Assembly: GCA_964539475.1 (NCBI GenBank)
Contig: CAZIIR010000001.1
Coordinates: forward strand, 2,869 to 66,868
Direction of reading: 5' to 3'
Length of the DNA stretch: 64,000 nt
From: an uncultured Candidatus Saccharibacteria bacterium
GTDB taxonomy: Bacteria; Patescibacteriota; Minisyncoccia; Phycocordibacterales; XYD1-FULL-46-19
Each line of letters begins with the position of its first letter. Position 1 is the first letter of the stretch. Shown here piece after piece: positions 7,914 through 17,311 of the stretch. The notes under the pieces were generated by a model. It was not told the origin of the DNA and did not search any database. It saw only the letters and a list, made by a program, of their open reading frames with translations. Position numbers and translations under genes: made by a program.

Positions 7914-8431
7914 AAAAGACACCATTACTTATTGAGTTTCCTCTTCCGTTGTTCGATGGGTTTTATCATTCTGTTTCTCAGGAAATGGCTGATACTTATG
8001 AGGAAAATTATCCCGACGAAGACCATTCGCAATATCATGAAAAAATAGCAAAAGGATTTCTTTCTTCCTTTAATAAATTAACTAAACAAGAATTTCAGTT
8101 TGTTAGAATTGATTCTCCAAAAGAATATAATTTTAATACTGATAAAATTATTGTAACCGGACGAAAGGAGAGACTAAGAACAATATGGAAAAATGTAAGA
8201 AAACTTCACAAAGATTTTAGTTGTTTTGAAGATGTTCTTCGTGAACAACTAACTCCTTGTGATGGTTTTATTCCATTTTATTCTAACGATCCATTAGACT
8301 GGCTTGCTAAAGATTTTGAAGAGTTTGATCAGAATGAGTTAGGTATTATTGTTGAAGCTTACTGTATGTTTAATGATGTTTACTTTGATGCAATTACCGA
8401 ACAACCAGAATACTACGAATCACTATCATGA
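7910..8431 (+). CDS. hypothetical protein
   Basis: Internal ATG with an ATGA overlap to the upstream stop. Confidence 0.5.
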   Translation: MKKTPLLIEFPLPLFDGFYHSVSQEMADTYEENYPDEDHSQYHEKIAKGFLSSFNKLTKQEFQFVRIDSPKEYNFNTDKIIVTGRKERLRTIWKNVRKLHKDFSCFEDVLREQLTPCDGFIPFYSNDPLDWLAKDFEEFDQNELGIIVEAYCMFNDVYFDAITEQPEYYESLS

Positions 8432-8470
8432 CTCCAGAAGCTAAAAAACTATGCAAAGACTTAGATCCAG

Positions 8471-8653
8471 ATGAATAAATATATTGGATATTTTAATGGC
8501 AAGCAGACTACTGTTGAAGCAGAGACTTCTTACGAGGCTCTACAAAAAGCTGTAGCTATTTTTAAGCCAGCTAAAAGTAAACAACACATGGTTCATGTTC
8601 ACTTGCATGAAAAGGATGGAAAGGCTATATATCACTCAACCGCTTCTTTATGA
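8471..8653 (+). CDS. hypothetical protein
   Basis: ORF track. Confidence 0.4.
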   Translation: MNKYIGYFNGKQTTVEAETSYEALQKAVAIFKPAKSKQHMVHVHLHEKDGKAIYHSTASL

Positions 8654-8820
8654 CATTTAAATATTTAAAAGATGCCATAGCTGAACTTTCTGATGAACAG
8701 CTTATGATGAATGCTTATATTCTAAGAGATAGGGAAATATATGTTCCTGATTCTTGTTTTCTTGTTAGTGAGATTAGAGAGCCATCTCTTGTTGAAAAGC
8801 TTGAAAATGAATATGCTTAA
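8650..8820 (+). CDS. small hypothetical protein (56 aa)
   Basis: ATGA overlap at 8650-8653, frame open to a TAA at 8818-8820. Confidence 0.35.
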   Translation: MTFKYLKDAIAELSDEQLMMNAYILRDREIYVPDSCFLVSEIREPSLVEKLENEYA

Positions 8821-9037
8821 GCGAAACTCAACCATTAATCATTATATGAAATCAGCAGATGATTCTTCGATAATGCCTTACGGCAAATACAATGGACAAC
8901 CGTTGGGAGATATTCCTGATAATTATATTAGATGGATGTGGGAAAATACTGACATCAAACATGAGATTAAAGAAGATACAGAGCGTGGTGCTATTGCTCG
9001 ATACTTTAAACTTGCATACGACAGCTTAACGAAATGA
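8807..9037 (+). CDS. hypothetical protein
   Basis: Internal ATG of ORF 8741..9037. Confidence 0.4.
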   Translation: MNMLKRNSTINHYMKSADDSSIMPYGKYNGQPLGDIPDNYIRWMWENTDIKHEIKEDTERGAIARYFKLAYDSLTK

Positions 9038-9073
9038 CGCTTTTTATAAAATAATCTTTTTTCAAAAAAGTCC

Positions 9074-9101
9074 TTGCATATTGTTTTTAGTGTGGTAGTA
9101 T
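9074..9101 (+). promoter_or_regulatory. sigma70-like promoter TTGCAT-N16-TGgTAGTAT (extended -10)
   Basis: Hexamers and the TGn element read from the sequence. Confidence 0.4.
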
Positions 9102-9107
9102 AGTGCA

Positions 9108-9222
9108 TAATAAACTTGTAGCCATCACCTACTGAGTTATTCGATCAATTTTGTTAGCTTTTTCGGCTGACGCAATTAGACCGAGCTTGAGTGTGTGATG
9201 GCCTCAAGCTCGGTCTTTTTGT
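9108..9222 (+). ncRNA. candidate ~115-nt small RNA bounded by a promoter and a strong intrinsic terminator
   Basis: No ORF. It lies between a promoter-like element and the terminator at 9178-9225. Confidence 0.4.
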
Positions 9223-9225
9223 TTA
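9178..9225 (+). terminator. rho-independent terminator (14-bp stem plus a T5 tract)
   Basis: agaccgagcttgag ... ctcaagctcggtct followed by TTTTTG. Confidence 0.75.
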
Positions 9226-9480
9226 CTTATCCAACTTCAATAAAAAAGGATAGCGGCCACCCGAAAGGATCGCAATGTGCCCAGAGAAAGTTACAGAGTT
9301 GAGAGGCTGTAAGTAAGGCGCAATATAAATATTATCACTGGTGAAAGGGGTTGTGTATTGTCGGCCAGTATAAAAGTAATGACTTTCGGTTCTCTCTTGC
9401 TCGCGGTTCAAAAGGACCGAGGGGTAAGGGGGTTTTGGATTGAGAGAGAAGAACAGAGTAAGACAGACCAAGGAAGCACC

Positions 9481-10194
9481 ATGAAGGAAGAATTAAACAC
9501 AGTAAGATACGGTAGAAAACTGTATCGCAATGAGTATTTAAAATCACCTGAATGGAGGCGATTACGCCTAAGAATACTTAGGTATGATAAACACAAGTGC
9601 TTCAAATGTAATTGTAAGGCAAGAGATGTTCATCACATGGATTACTCTATACTTGGAGCGCATCCTGTTAATGTGATTCGTTACCTTGTATCTCTTTGCA
9701 GGAAATGCCATGACAAAGTGGAGCTTGCCAAGAAATTAAACCTACTTCCTAAAGTTCATACAAGAGATCATATACGACTACTTGATTTCAACATCATTGA
9801 TCGCAACTACTCTAAGCGATTCAGGAAGACAATTATAGACACTGCTCTGTATAATAAAATTGTTAAGATTCCTCCTAATAGACATGCTCTAATAATGGGA
9901 ATACTTAAAGTTTCTTACTCAAAACCAATTGAGATTTGGGCTAAGGAAATAACAATGTCTCAGTATGATAAAATACTACAAGTAATAAACCATAAACAAA
10001 AGAGTGAGCAATATAAATATCAACTTCATCTATACAAAGAAATAAAGAAAGAAAAGAAAGAACTAAGCAAGGCTAAAAAGATAAAACGTGATGAAAAGAA
10101 ACTCAGAAGAAAAAGAAGAAAAGCAGAAGCGGCTCTCACTCAGGAGAGCCAACCGAGTAACAAGATCACCAAAAAGATTATTAAAACAATTTAA
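9481..10194 (+). CDS. HNH endonuclease with a Lys-rich C-terminal tail
   Basis: CFKCNCKARDVHHMDY...LCRKCHDKVE HNH/zinc motif. The start is moved to the ATG, and upstream lies a ~260-nt structured leader. Confidence 0.7.
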   Translation: MKEELNTVRYGRKLYRNEYLKSPEWRRLRLRILRYDKHKCFKCNCKARDVHHMDYSILGAHPVNVIRYLVSLCRKCHDKVELAKKLNLLPKVHTRDHIRLLDFNIIDRNYSKRFRKTIIDTALYNKIVKIPPNRHALIMGILKVSYSKPIEIWAKEITMSQYDKILQVINHKQKSEQYKYQLHLYKEIKKEKKELSKAKKIKRDEKKLRRKRRKAEAALTQESQPSNKITKKIIKTI

Positions 10195-10202
10195 AGAAAA
10201 AT

Positions 10203-10394
10203 ATGGAAAAACTAATAAAAACATTCCTTGATGGAAATATCGCAGAGGCAAAAGAAAGAGCAAAGGATTACACTAGAGTTCAAATTCAAGACTGTTTAAA
10301 TCGTAACTACGATTACTCTAAATATAAGTCTTTATTGATTGCTCTTTTTTTGAAAGACTTGGCTGTAATGTCAGAAGTATTAGATGCGGAATAA
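10203..10394 (+). CDS. hypothetical protein
   Basis: ORF track. Confidence 0.4.
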   Translation: MEKLIKTFLDGNIAEAKERAKDYTRVQIQDCLNRNYDYSKYKSLLIALFLKDLAVMSEVLDAE

Positions 10395-10395
10395 T

Positions 10396-10614
10396 ATGAC
10401 TATCACGACTAAATTTAATGTAGGAGATAAAGTTTGGCTTATTGAAAATAATTCAGCAATCCAAAAAACAATCAATAAGGTATTTACAGAAAGCGGATTA
10501 AAATACACAAGCAAAGGATATAAGTTAAATTTTACACTTAAAGAACAAGGTGAAAATGTTTATCCTGAGGAAGAATTATTCTCAACCAAAGAAGAACTAC
10601 TGGCATCACTATGA
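10396..10614 (+). CDS. hypothetical protein
   Basis: Internal ATG. Confidence 0.45.
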   Translation: MTITTKFNVGDKVWLIENNSAIQKTINKVFTESGLKYTSKGYKLNFTLKEQGENVYPEEELFSTKEELLASL

Positions 10615-11147
10615 AACTAATTGAACTACCAAACGGATCATGGATTGATCCACTTACTATTACGGCTATTAATGTAAGACGTTATAAGGATAATGTTACT
10701 CAAAAACCATGCGTTAACATTATCGGTCCTGGAGATATTAATAGTGTAATTTACTGTAAGGACGAAGAGTGTGTTGATATTGCAAGACTAATTGCTAAAC
10801 AAGTTAATGATGCGTGTAATAAAAGTATTACAGAGCAAAATAAAGAGTATATAGAAAAAACAAAAGAAGTTAAAAATAAAAAACTTTACCTTGCGTTACT
10901 TCCGCCTCAGGACGCATTTCTTTATGCTATAAAAGAATATGCAGATTTAGATGATGCATTTTTACTTAAGTCATTAAATGAAATAGATGAACTTGAGGAC
11001 AAATATGAAGGGGTGTATATTCACAGTATTAAAAATGAACAAATTGTAATCTGTGTTAATGACAAATATCTAACAACAATCTACTCAGCAGGACCAAAAT
11101 ACGCAACAGCAATCTACGAAACAGCAAAAAAACTAGCTAATAAATAA
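10611..11147 (+). CDS. hypothetical protein
   Basis: ORF track, ATGA overlap. Confidence 0.5.
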   Translation: MKLIELPNGSWIDPLTITAINVRRYKDNVTQKPCVNIIGPGDINSVIYCKDEECVDIARLIAKQVNDACNKSITEQNKEYIEKTKEVKNKKLYLALLPPQDAFLYAIKEYADLDDAFLLKSLNEIDELEDKYEGVYIHSIKNEQIVICVNDKYLTTIYSAGPKYATAIYETAKKLANK

Positions 11148-11150
11148 ATT

Positions 11151-11357
11151 ATGAACAACAAAAACAGAACAACAGAACAACGCAATCGTGACAAAATCCG
11201 CTACCTATTCCTTCAACAAATGAAGTTGTGTGGTAAGTCTTATAGCCTAAAAAGTCCATTCAGCGGAAAGAATAAAGCACAGCGAGCAAGGCTTGCTGGA
11301 TCATTTGCTTGTTTAAAAAACGGAATGCCAAGAATTGGTAATAATTTCAAATGGTAA
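11151..11357 (+). CDS. small basic hypothetical protein
   Basis: ORF track. Confidence 0.4.
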   Translation: MNNKNRTTEQRNRDKIRYLFLQQMKLCGKSYSLKSPFSGKNKAQRARLAGSFACLKNGMPRIGNNFKW

Positions 11358-11401
11358 AAAAGCATTAGTAGATCACATTAACAAATTTATTAAATAACAA
11401 T

Positions 11402-11689
11402 ATGGCTGATACAACACAACTCAAAGCATCGCTTGAAAAAGCATTCGGAAAAGAACTTACTGGTGAACAATTGTGGGCACTGGTTAAACTCTCTAAGTGG
11501 GTTCGCCTTAGGGCAAAGAATAACAATGCATTCAACAATTTGTTCAACAACTTGTTTCCTAACGCTCAGTTTAGGACTGTAACCAAAGAACGGAAAAACT
11601 ACAGGACAGGACAAATGGAATCATATCCTGGTCTTAGTATTATTATTAAAGGACAAGCGGTAACACAGGAGGAGGAGGAGGAGGAATAA
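11402..11689 (+). CDS. hypothetical protein with a poly-Glu C-terminus
   Basis: ORF track. A (GAG)n run encodes EEEEEE. Confidence 0.45.
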   Translation: MADTTQLKASLEKAFGKELTGEQLWALVKLSKWVRLRAKNNNAFNNLFNNLFPNAQFRTVTKERKNYRTGQMESYPGLSIIIKGQAVTQEEEEEE

Positions 11690-11755
11690 GTATGCAAGAT
11701 ATATGCTCAACAATAATTATCATCGCAATGTTTGTTTTTATTTATAAAATGTCAA

Positions 11756-11784
11756 GATAATATCATCCCTATTTTTGCTATAAT
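11756..11784 (+). promoter_or_regulatory. extended -10 promoter candidate (TGcTATAAT) upstream of gene 11818
   Basis: The TGn plus TATAAT element was read from the sequence. The -35 element is weak. Confidence 0.35.
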
Positions 11785-11817
11785 GTTCAACAAAACAGAT
11801 AAAGAAATTGTTATCCA

Positions 11818-12282
11818 ATGAAATACTACCTTACGTTCGTAAAGTTACCATTTGTTTATTGTGTTGTGTCTGCTGGTAATGCAGCGCAGGCAATCAAGCC
11901 ATTCCAAAAGTATCGTAATGATATTGTTGCTAACGGAAATGAGTTACGCTTCACTTTCGGTGAAGCTGTTGACTTTAAAGAAAAATGGGAGGAGGTTAGT
12001 CTTATTCATATCATGAATAATTCTAACACTAAAAAGAAGTTCAAGATTACTTGCGCTTCTACTGGAGTTATACGTTATGTTGAAGGCATTAAGGAAGATG
12101 TAGATGATGAATTAATTAAAGAAAACCCAGGAAGTTCATTCCTTACAATTCAGAACGAAAGATTCCTGACAAGAAAGGTAAAGAAAGAGGCTGTTCCTCT
12201 TTATAATATCAGAGAAGTTAGTAAATTCCCTAAAGAAATTCCATTACTTAGAGAAAATAATGATAAGACACTGGACACATGA
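11818..12282 (+). CDS. hypothetical protein
   Basis: ORF track. Confidence 0.5.
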   Translation: MKYYLTFVKLPFVYCVVSAGNAAQAIKPFQKYRNDIVANGNELRFTFGEAVDFKEKWEEVSLIHIMNNSNTKKKFKITCASTGVIRYVEGIKEDVDDELIKENPGSSFLTIQNERFLTRKVKKEAVPLYNIREVSKFPKEIPLLRENNDKTLDT

Positions 12283-12508
12283 AAGAGTCTATAAAAGACA
12301 CGGGCAAACCACAATCGTAAGAAGAGTTAAGATGTATAATATTTTTCTTGTAGATTGTGGAGCAGTGGTTTATAGGAGAATTAAAGATGTATTTGAATGT
12401 GTTACCTATGACTCAATGGGCTATGGTATTACACACAGATACCTAACAAGAGATAATTTTATTAAAGAAATTAAAAGAATACTAAAAAGACTAACAAGAA
12501 TAAAATGA
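12260..12508 (+). CDS. hypothetical protein (start uncertain)
   Basis: ORF track. Confidence 0.35.
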   Translation: MIRHWTHERVYKRHGQTTIVRRVKMYNIFLVDCGAVVYRRIKDVFECVTYDSMGYGITHRYLTRDNFIKEIKRILKRLTRIK

Positions 12509-13962
12509 AACATCCTCCAACTAAAGAGCAGCAAGCTATTCTTGATGCTAAAAAAGATACTGAAGTATTAATGATCGGAGCCAGAGCGGGCTGCGCGAAG
12601 ACAGATACAGGTGTTCGTATCACTGAGGCTTATCCTGATCGTAGCTTTAGATTTATTGTATTCGGAGCAAAGAACGCTCAAGAGTTTGCGTCTAAGCTTC
12701 CTAAGAATGCTATTGGAACAACCAAACATTCGTTCTGTAATAGTTTTATTAAGAAGCGTTACAACTTAGATAAGACTGGATTTAAGATGTTTAAGATCAT
12801 CGTAAAAGATGAAGACTACAACTTCAAGAATCCAAACTTGTCCAAAGAAGAAGTTTTTGCTACCCGTGAAAATCTTAATGCAATGAAAGATTTGGTCGGT
12901 CTTCTTAAGAACTCATATATCTCACCAACACCAGAAGATGTTGCGTATATTATGAGTCATTTCGGGATCACTCTTTCACTTGATTTTGAACAGGTTTGTA
13001 ATGATGCTGTTAGATTCCTTGGTGAGTCTGATAATCTTGTTACTGAGCTTGATTACAATGACATGGTTCGTTTGCCTATTATTTCTGGATCAATTAGATT
13101 TAACTTTGATGAGTTATTTCTTGATGAGGCTCAGGATAATAATCCTATCTCGAACGAGTTGCTTAGGCAGGCTAAAAAAGCAGGCTGTGGAGTAACGGTT
13201 GTTGGTGATGAGTTCCAAGCGATTATGGGATTCACTGGTGCTGATTGTGATTCAATGAATAAGATTATTGGAATCCTTGAACCAACAGTTCTTCCTCTTA
13301 CGGTTAATTTCCGTTGTGGTAAGAATATTATTAGAGAAGCACAGCGTCTTGTTCCTGATATTAATTATTGGGAAAACTCTCCTGATGGAGTGGTAAGTCA
13401 TCGTAACAACGATGAGTTCATGAAGCTGTTTAAAGATGGGGATTGTGCACTATCACGATTCAACAGGGTAATCATTCCAATGTGCTTTAAGCTTATTAAG
13501 GACGGTCGCAAGGCTACCGTTCAAGGTAGGGATTTTGGCACAATGCTTAAGACGATGGTTACAGGATTTAAGGCTACATCTATCGAAGAGTTTTACGACT
13601 CAATCGACAGATGGAAAGAGCGTCAACTTGAGAAGACTAAATCAGATTCACAAGCTGATGCAGTTGAGGATAAGTTTGAGTGCCTTAAATACTTTGCTGA
13701 TAACTCTGATACTGTTGAGCAAATTGCTGACACTATTGACAAAATCTTTTCTGACAAAGAAACAGAAGGTCTTAAGTTATCAACAGCGCACCGCTCAAAG
13801 GGACTGGAATGGGACAGAGTGTTTATTCTCGACTCTAATAATTTTATGCAAACTCATCCTAATGACAAAGAGTGGAATAAGCAACAGCTTAAAAACCTAA
13901 TGTATGTGGCACAAACGAGAGGTAAGCAAAGTTTAACATACGTTTCAAGTCAAAAAGTATGA
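12505..13962 (+). CDS. UvrD/Rep-like SF1 DNA helicase
   Basis: Walker A GARAGCAKT, motif II LDEAQD, motif III VVGDEFQAIMGFTGAD and motif VI STAHRSKGLEWDRVFIL. Confidence 0.75.
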   Translation: MKHPPTKEQQAILDAKKDTEVLMIGARAGCAKTDTGVRITEAYPDRSFRFIVFGAKNAQEFASKLPKNAIGTTKHSFCNSFIKKRYNLDKTGFKMFKIIVKDEDYNFKNPNLSKEEVFATRENLNAMKDLVGLLKNSYISPTPEDVAYIMSHFGITLSLDFEQVCNDAVRFLGESDNLVTELDYNDMVRLPIISGSIRFNFDELFLDEAQDNNPISNELLRQAKKAGCGVTVVGDEFQAIMGFTGADCDSMNKIIGILEPTVLPLTVNFRCGKNIIREAQRLVPDINYWENSPDGVVSHRNNDEFMKLFKDGDCALSRFNRVIIPMCFKLIKDGRKATVQGRDFGTMLKTMVTGFKATSIEEFYDSIDRWKERQLEKTKSDSQADAVEDKFECLKYFADNSDTVEQIADTIDKIFSDKETEGLKLSTAHRSKGLEWDRVFILDSNNFMQTHPNDKEWNKQQLKNLMYVAQTRGKQSLTYVSSQKV

Positions 13963-14138
13963 ACATAAATGACTTACATGGAAAAACATTTAAACACAAG
14001 ACAATAAGAAAAACATTTACAGTTCAAACTGTATATACAAGTCCAGAAGGAAAAGTTGTATTAGAAGGAAAATGCAGTAGATCAATTCCTTCAATTGTTT
14101 TAATAAGGCTTGAAGAACTTAGTTCAAAATATTTTTAA
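13959..14138 (+). CDS. small hypothetical protein (59 aa)
   Basis: ATGA overlap with the helicase stop, frame open to a TAA at 14136-14138. Confidence 0.3.
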   Translation: MNINDLHGKTFKHKTIRKTFTVQTVYTSPEGKVVLEGKCSRSIPSIVLIRLEELSSKYF

Positions 14139-14140
14139 AT

Positions 14141-14341
14141 ATGGAAGCGTTCGTATTTCTTGATAATAATATTAACATGAGAGGTATCTTAACTAGCTTT
14201 AAGGTAAAACAGCTTAACGACATTTGTAGAGCACACAAAATCAAAATCGGAAAAAACAAAGAAGAAACAGTTAGTAATTTAATCAATGACCAAAGATGGA
14301 ATGACGGAGCAAGTGTAACATTATTTATTAAAATACCATGA
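14141..14341 (+). CDS. small protein with a SAP/Rho-N-like helix-extension-helix motif (possible DNA-binding)
   Basis: The motif LTSFKVKQLNDICRAHKIKIGKNKEETVSNLI resembles the SAP signature. Confidence 0.35.
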   Translation: MEAFVFLDNNINMRGILTSFKVKQLNDICRAHKIKIGKNKEETVSNLINDQRWNDGASVTLFIKIP

Positions 14342-14910
14342 TCACAGACGAAGAATACGAAGAATTTGTTAAAACATTAATTAAACCAAGCGCACAGCTT
14401 GATGCAGAAGTAACAGAAGATGAAAAAATGCTTCTTCTTGTAGCTACGGCATTAATTGGTAATTCAATTAAATCATGTAAAGACCCAACGTGCGATAGGC
14501 CAGGTTATCTTAACTTGCTTCACATGATGTCTGGATTAGGATCAGAGTCCGGAGAACTTGTTGATGCAATCAAAAAGATTGTTATCTATCGTAAGTATCC
14601 TGGAAGCATTAATGAGCCTAATAGCATTGCGTGGAATGTAAGAGAAGAAATTGGTGATCTTTGCTGGTTTCAAACTGGTAATAAAATTATTAGGCAAGAA
14701 GAAAATCAAGAAATTTTTCATGATGATTTTTGGGGAAATCTTAAATACTTTCTCGATCTATGGAACAAGATGTATCCAAATAACGAAATTACAATCGACT
14801 CAGCTAAACGGTTCAATATGGAAAAGCTAGGAGAGAGGTATAAAGGTTTGAAATACACAAACGAAGCAGCACAAAACAGAGCAGATAAGGGAAAAGCAAC
14901 AGGAGAATAA
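14338..14910 (+). CDS. MazG-like nucleoside triphosphate pyrophosphohydrolase
   Basis: EExGE-type motifs SESGELVDAIKK and REEIGDLCWF. Confidence 0.5.
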   Translation: MITDEEYEEFVKTLIKPSAQLDAEVTEDEKMLLLVATALIGNSIKSCKDPTCDRPGYLNLLHMMSGLGSESGELVDAIKKIVIYRKYPGSINEPNSIAWNVREEIGDLCWFQTGNKIIRQEENQEIFHDDFWGNLKYFLDLWNKMYPNNEITIDSAKRFNMEKLGERYKGLKYTNEAAQNRADKGKATGE

Positions 14911-14911
14911 T

Positions 14912-15277
14912 ATGGCATACATTAGCAATATAAAAAATAAAAAGAAAAAACCACAATCAAAACAACTATTTACCAAAAAGAAAGACTTTTTCGCATCAAT
15001 TGGAGACGGTGATTCAACACTTCCTGCATCTGGTCCAATAACATCAATTCCATATGATGAAGTTGTTCATCCATCACACTACAATCAACTTCCAAATGGC
15101 ATTGAGTGTTGGGACGTTAATGAGCACTTCCCAACAAACATTGGTAGCGCAATTAAATATTTGTGGCGCGCAGGTCTAAAACCTGGACAAGAAACTGTTA
15201 AGGATTTAAATAAAGCAATCCAATATACTCAACGTCAAATTAATTTGTTAGAAGGCAGGAATCCTAAAATGAGTTAA
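14912..15277 (+). CDS. DUF3310-like phage protein
   Basis: Pattern HPSHYN...IECWDV...AIKYLWRAG recalled as the DUF3310 signature. This is recalled from memory, not searched. Confidence 0.4.
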   Translation: MAYISNIKNKKKKPQSKQLFTKKKDFFASIGDGDSTLPASGPITSIPYDEVVHPSHYNQLPNGIECWDVNEHFPTNIGSAIKYLWRAGLKPGQETVKDLNKAIQYTQRQINLLEGRNPKMS

Positions 15278-15289
15278 TATTTTAACTAG

Positions 15290-15329
15290 GCGACAATAAA
15301 GTTCAATCCTTTGTTGTCGCACTTTTATT
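15290..15329 (+). terminator. hairpin plus U-tract terminator candidate
   Basis: gcgacaa / ttgtcgc stem followed by ACTTTTATT. Confidence 0.45.
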
Positions 15330-15650
15330 ATGCATTACGAAGTCCAAATAAGACTAAGTTGGGTTCTTCCACCTAAGTCTAAAATTATAAATGGCATAGA
15401 GATTTATGCTGATTGGTTTGATTGTAGGTTTATCACTCCTACCTTTCCATCTAAGTCTTTAGTTTTAGAAAAGGTAAAAGAAGGAAGCGAAGAAGCTTAT
15501 GAAAAACTTAATTCCGTAATGTATTTATTAAACATAAATGAAAGCAAGATGAAACCTATTTATTCTGGCTCTGATTTTATATCATTAAAGCCTCAGTTTG
15601 AGGACTCTCATATATCATACATTTGGATAACAAAAGTAAATGAAGCTTAG
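15330..15650 (+). CDS. hypothetical protein
   Basis: ORF track. Confidence 0.45.
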   Translation: MHYEVQIRLSWVLPPKSKIINGIEIYADWFDCRFITPTFPSKSLVLEKVKEGSEEAYEKLNSVMYLLNINESKMKPIYSGSDFISLKPQFEDSHISYIWITKVNEA

Positions 15651-17010
15651 AGATTATCAATCATCATTATCACTTGAAGCAAGGAAGTGTTTGGCTAATA
15701 ATAATTCTATTATTCTCCAGCTTACAACTGGTGGTGGTAAAACAAGAATTGCAACAGATATTGTAGATCGAGCAGTAGTTAAGGATATAACCACAGTATT
15801 TCTTGCTGACAGAAAAGAAATTCTTAGTCAAACTGTAAAACATTTTAACAAGCTTGATATTTCATGTCAAATGATTACAGCTGACACCAAGACTATTTAT
15901 AAGTCTAAAGTGTATGTTGGAATGGTTGAATCTTTTTACAGAAGATACTGCAAGGGAATGTTTAATGGAATTGATATTGGTCTTTTCATATTTGATGAGG
16001 CTCACATCAGTTCTTACTACAAGCTAATAAAAAGATTAGAAGAAGAAAAGAAAAACCCATACATCATAGGATTGACAGCAACTCCAGTTGCATCATCTAA
16101 AAATTACCAACTAAAGAAATACTACAAAGATATTGTATGCGGACCATCAACTAGGTGGTTAATTGAGAGCGGTTATCTATTGCCATCAGTTGATATTGGT
16201 AATAGTAATGTTCTTGATCTTGATGTGATGGCTGGTGAGTTCTCAACTGAATCACAAGCAAGACAGTTCAAAAACAACGACATCGACAAAAAGATGTTTG
16301 CCCTTTGGAAGCAACACGCACAATCAAGACAAACATTATGTTATAATATTAACATTGAGCACAATGAATCTGTTCGTGAAATGTTTGATTTTTACGGATA
16401 TGATGTTGCCGCTGTATCATCTGAGACACCAAAAGATGAAAGGGAAGAAATTCTTAACAGATACGAAAAAGGAAACATTCAAATATTATGTAATGTAGGA
16501 ATCCTAACGAAAGGATACGACTCTCCTGGAACTGGTTGTATTATAGCCAACTTCTCAACAGCATCTACATCTAAATGGTATCAAGTTGTTGGTCGAGGAG
16601 GAAGACCATACGATGGTCTTAATGATTTTATTACCATTGACATGGGTAATAATATTCTTAGACATGGTTCATATAATGACGAAGTTGACTGGAAACAAAT
16701 ATTCTTAGATGACAAAAGAGATCGTAACTTTAAAGTAAAACAAAATGTAAAACTATGTCCAGTTTGTTACGCTTATCTATTCAATATACATGTTCCACAG
16801 TGTCATGTATGTGGTAATAAAATTGTTTTAAAAGAATTAATTGTTCTTGAGAAACTAATACCGGAAGAACTCAAAGACAAAGACCCAAAGAATATGACAT
16901 TATCCGAACTGCAACAGTATGCTAAATTTAAAGGATACAAAGCAGGATGGGCTTGGAATATGAACATCGCAAACACAGCAAGGAGACAACATGCAAGACA
17001 ACAACAGTGA
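15640..17010 (+). CDS. SF2 (DEAD/DEAH, ResIII-like) helicase with a C-terminal zinc finger
   Basis: Motif I TGGGKT, motif II FDEAH, motif III GLTATP, the QxxGRGGR region, and CPVC...CHVC. Confidence 0.7.
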   Translation: MKLRDYQSSLSLEARKCLANNNSIILQLTTGGGKTRIATDIVDRAVVKDITTVFLADRKEILSQTVKHFNKLDISCQMITADTKTIYKSKVYVGMVESFYRRYCKGMFNGIDIGLFIFDEAHISSYYKLIKRLEEEKKNPYIIGLTATPVASSKNYQLKKYYKDIVCGPSTRWLIESGYLLPSVDIGNSNVLDLDVMAGEFSTESQARQFKNNDIDKKMFALWKQHAQSRQTLCYNINIEHNESVREMFDFYGYDVAAVSSETPKDEREEILNRYEKGNIQILCNVGILTKGYDSPGTGCIIANFSTASTSKWYQVVGRGGRPYDGLNDFITIDMGNNILRHGSYNDEVDWKQIFLDDKRDRNFKVKQNVKLCPVCYAYLFNIHVPQCHVCGNKIVLKELIVLEKLIPEELKDKDPKNMTLSELQQYAKFKGYKAGWAWNMNIANTARRQHARQQQ

Positions 17011-17311
17011 AACTACAGAGCAAAAAGTTAAAAGAGTTAAAGGTGAAATTCAAAAATTATTCCAAGAAAACGATTTAATTGGAGTTGCAATTATTGGATC
17101 AATTGAAGATTCTTTTATTCCTGATTCTGAAAGTGAAAAACAATTACAAGTTTTCCATTGTTTTATGGCTGAAACAAAATATAGTGGATTTAAATTAAAA
17201 GATGGATGGTATGAAGAAACAGAACAAAAATTAGCAAATAATACAAAAAGCTGTTTCTGTATTATGGGAAACCTTTTTGGTGCATTGCTTAATAAATTTC
17301 TTACTACATAA
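16991..17311 (+). CDS. hypothetical protein
   Basis: ORF track. Confidence 0.45.
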   Translation: MQDNNSETTEQKVKRVKGEIQKLFQENDLIGVAIIGSIEDSFIPDSESEKQLQVFHCFMAETKYSGFKLKDGWYEETEQKLANNTKSCFCIMGNLFGALLNKFLTT

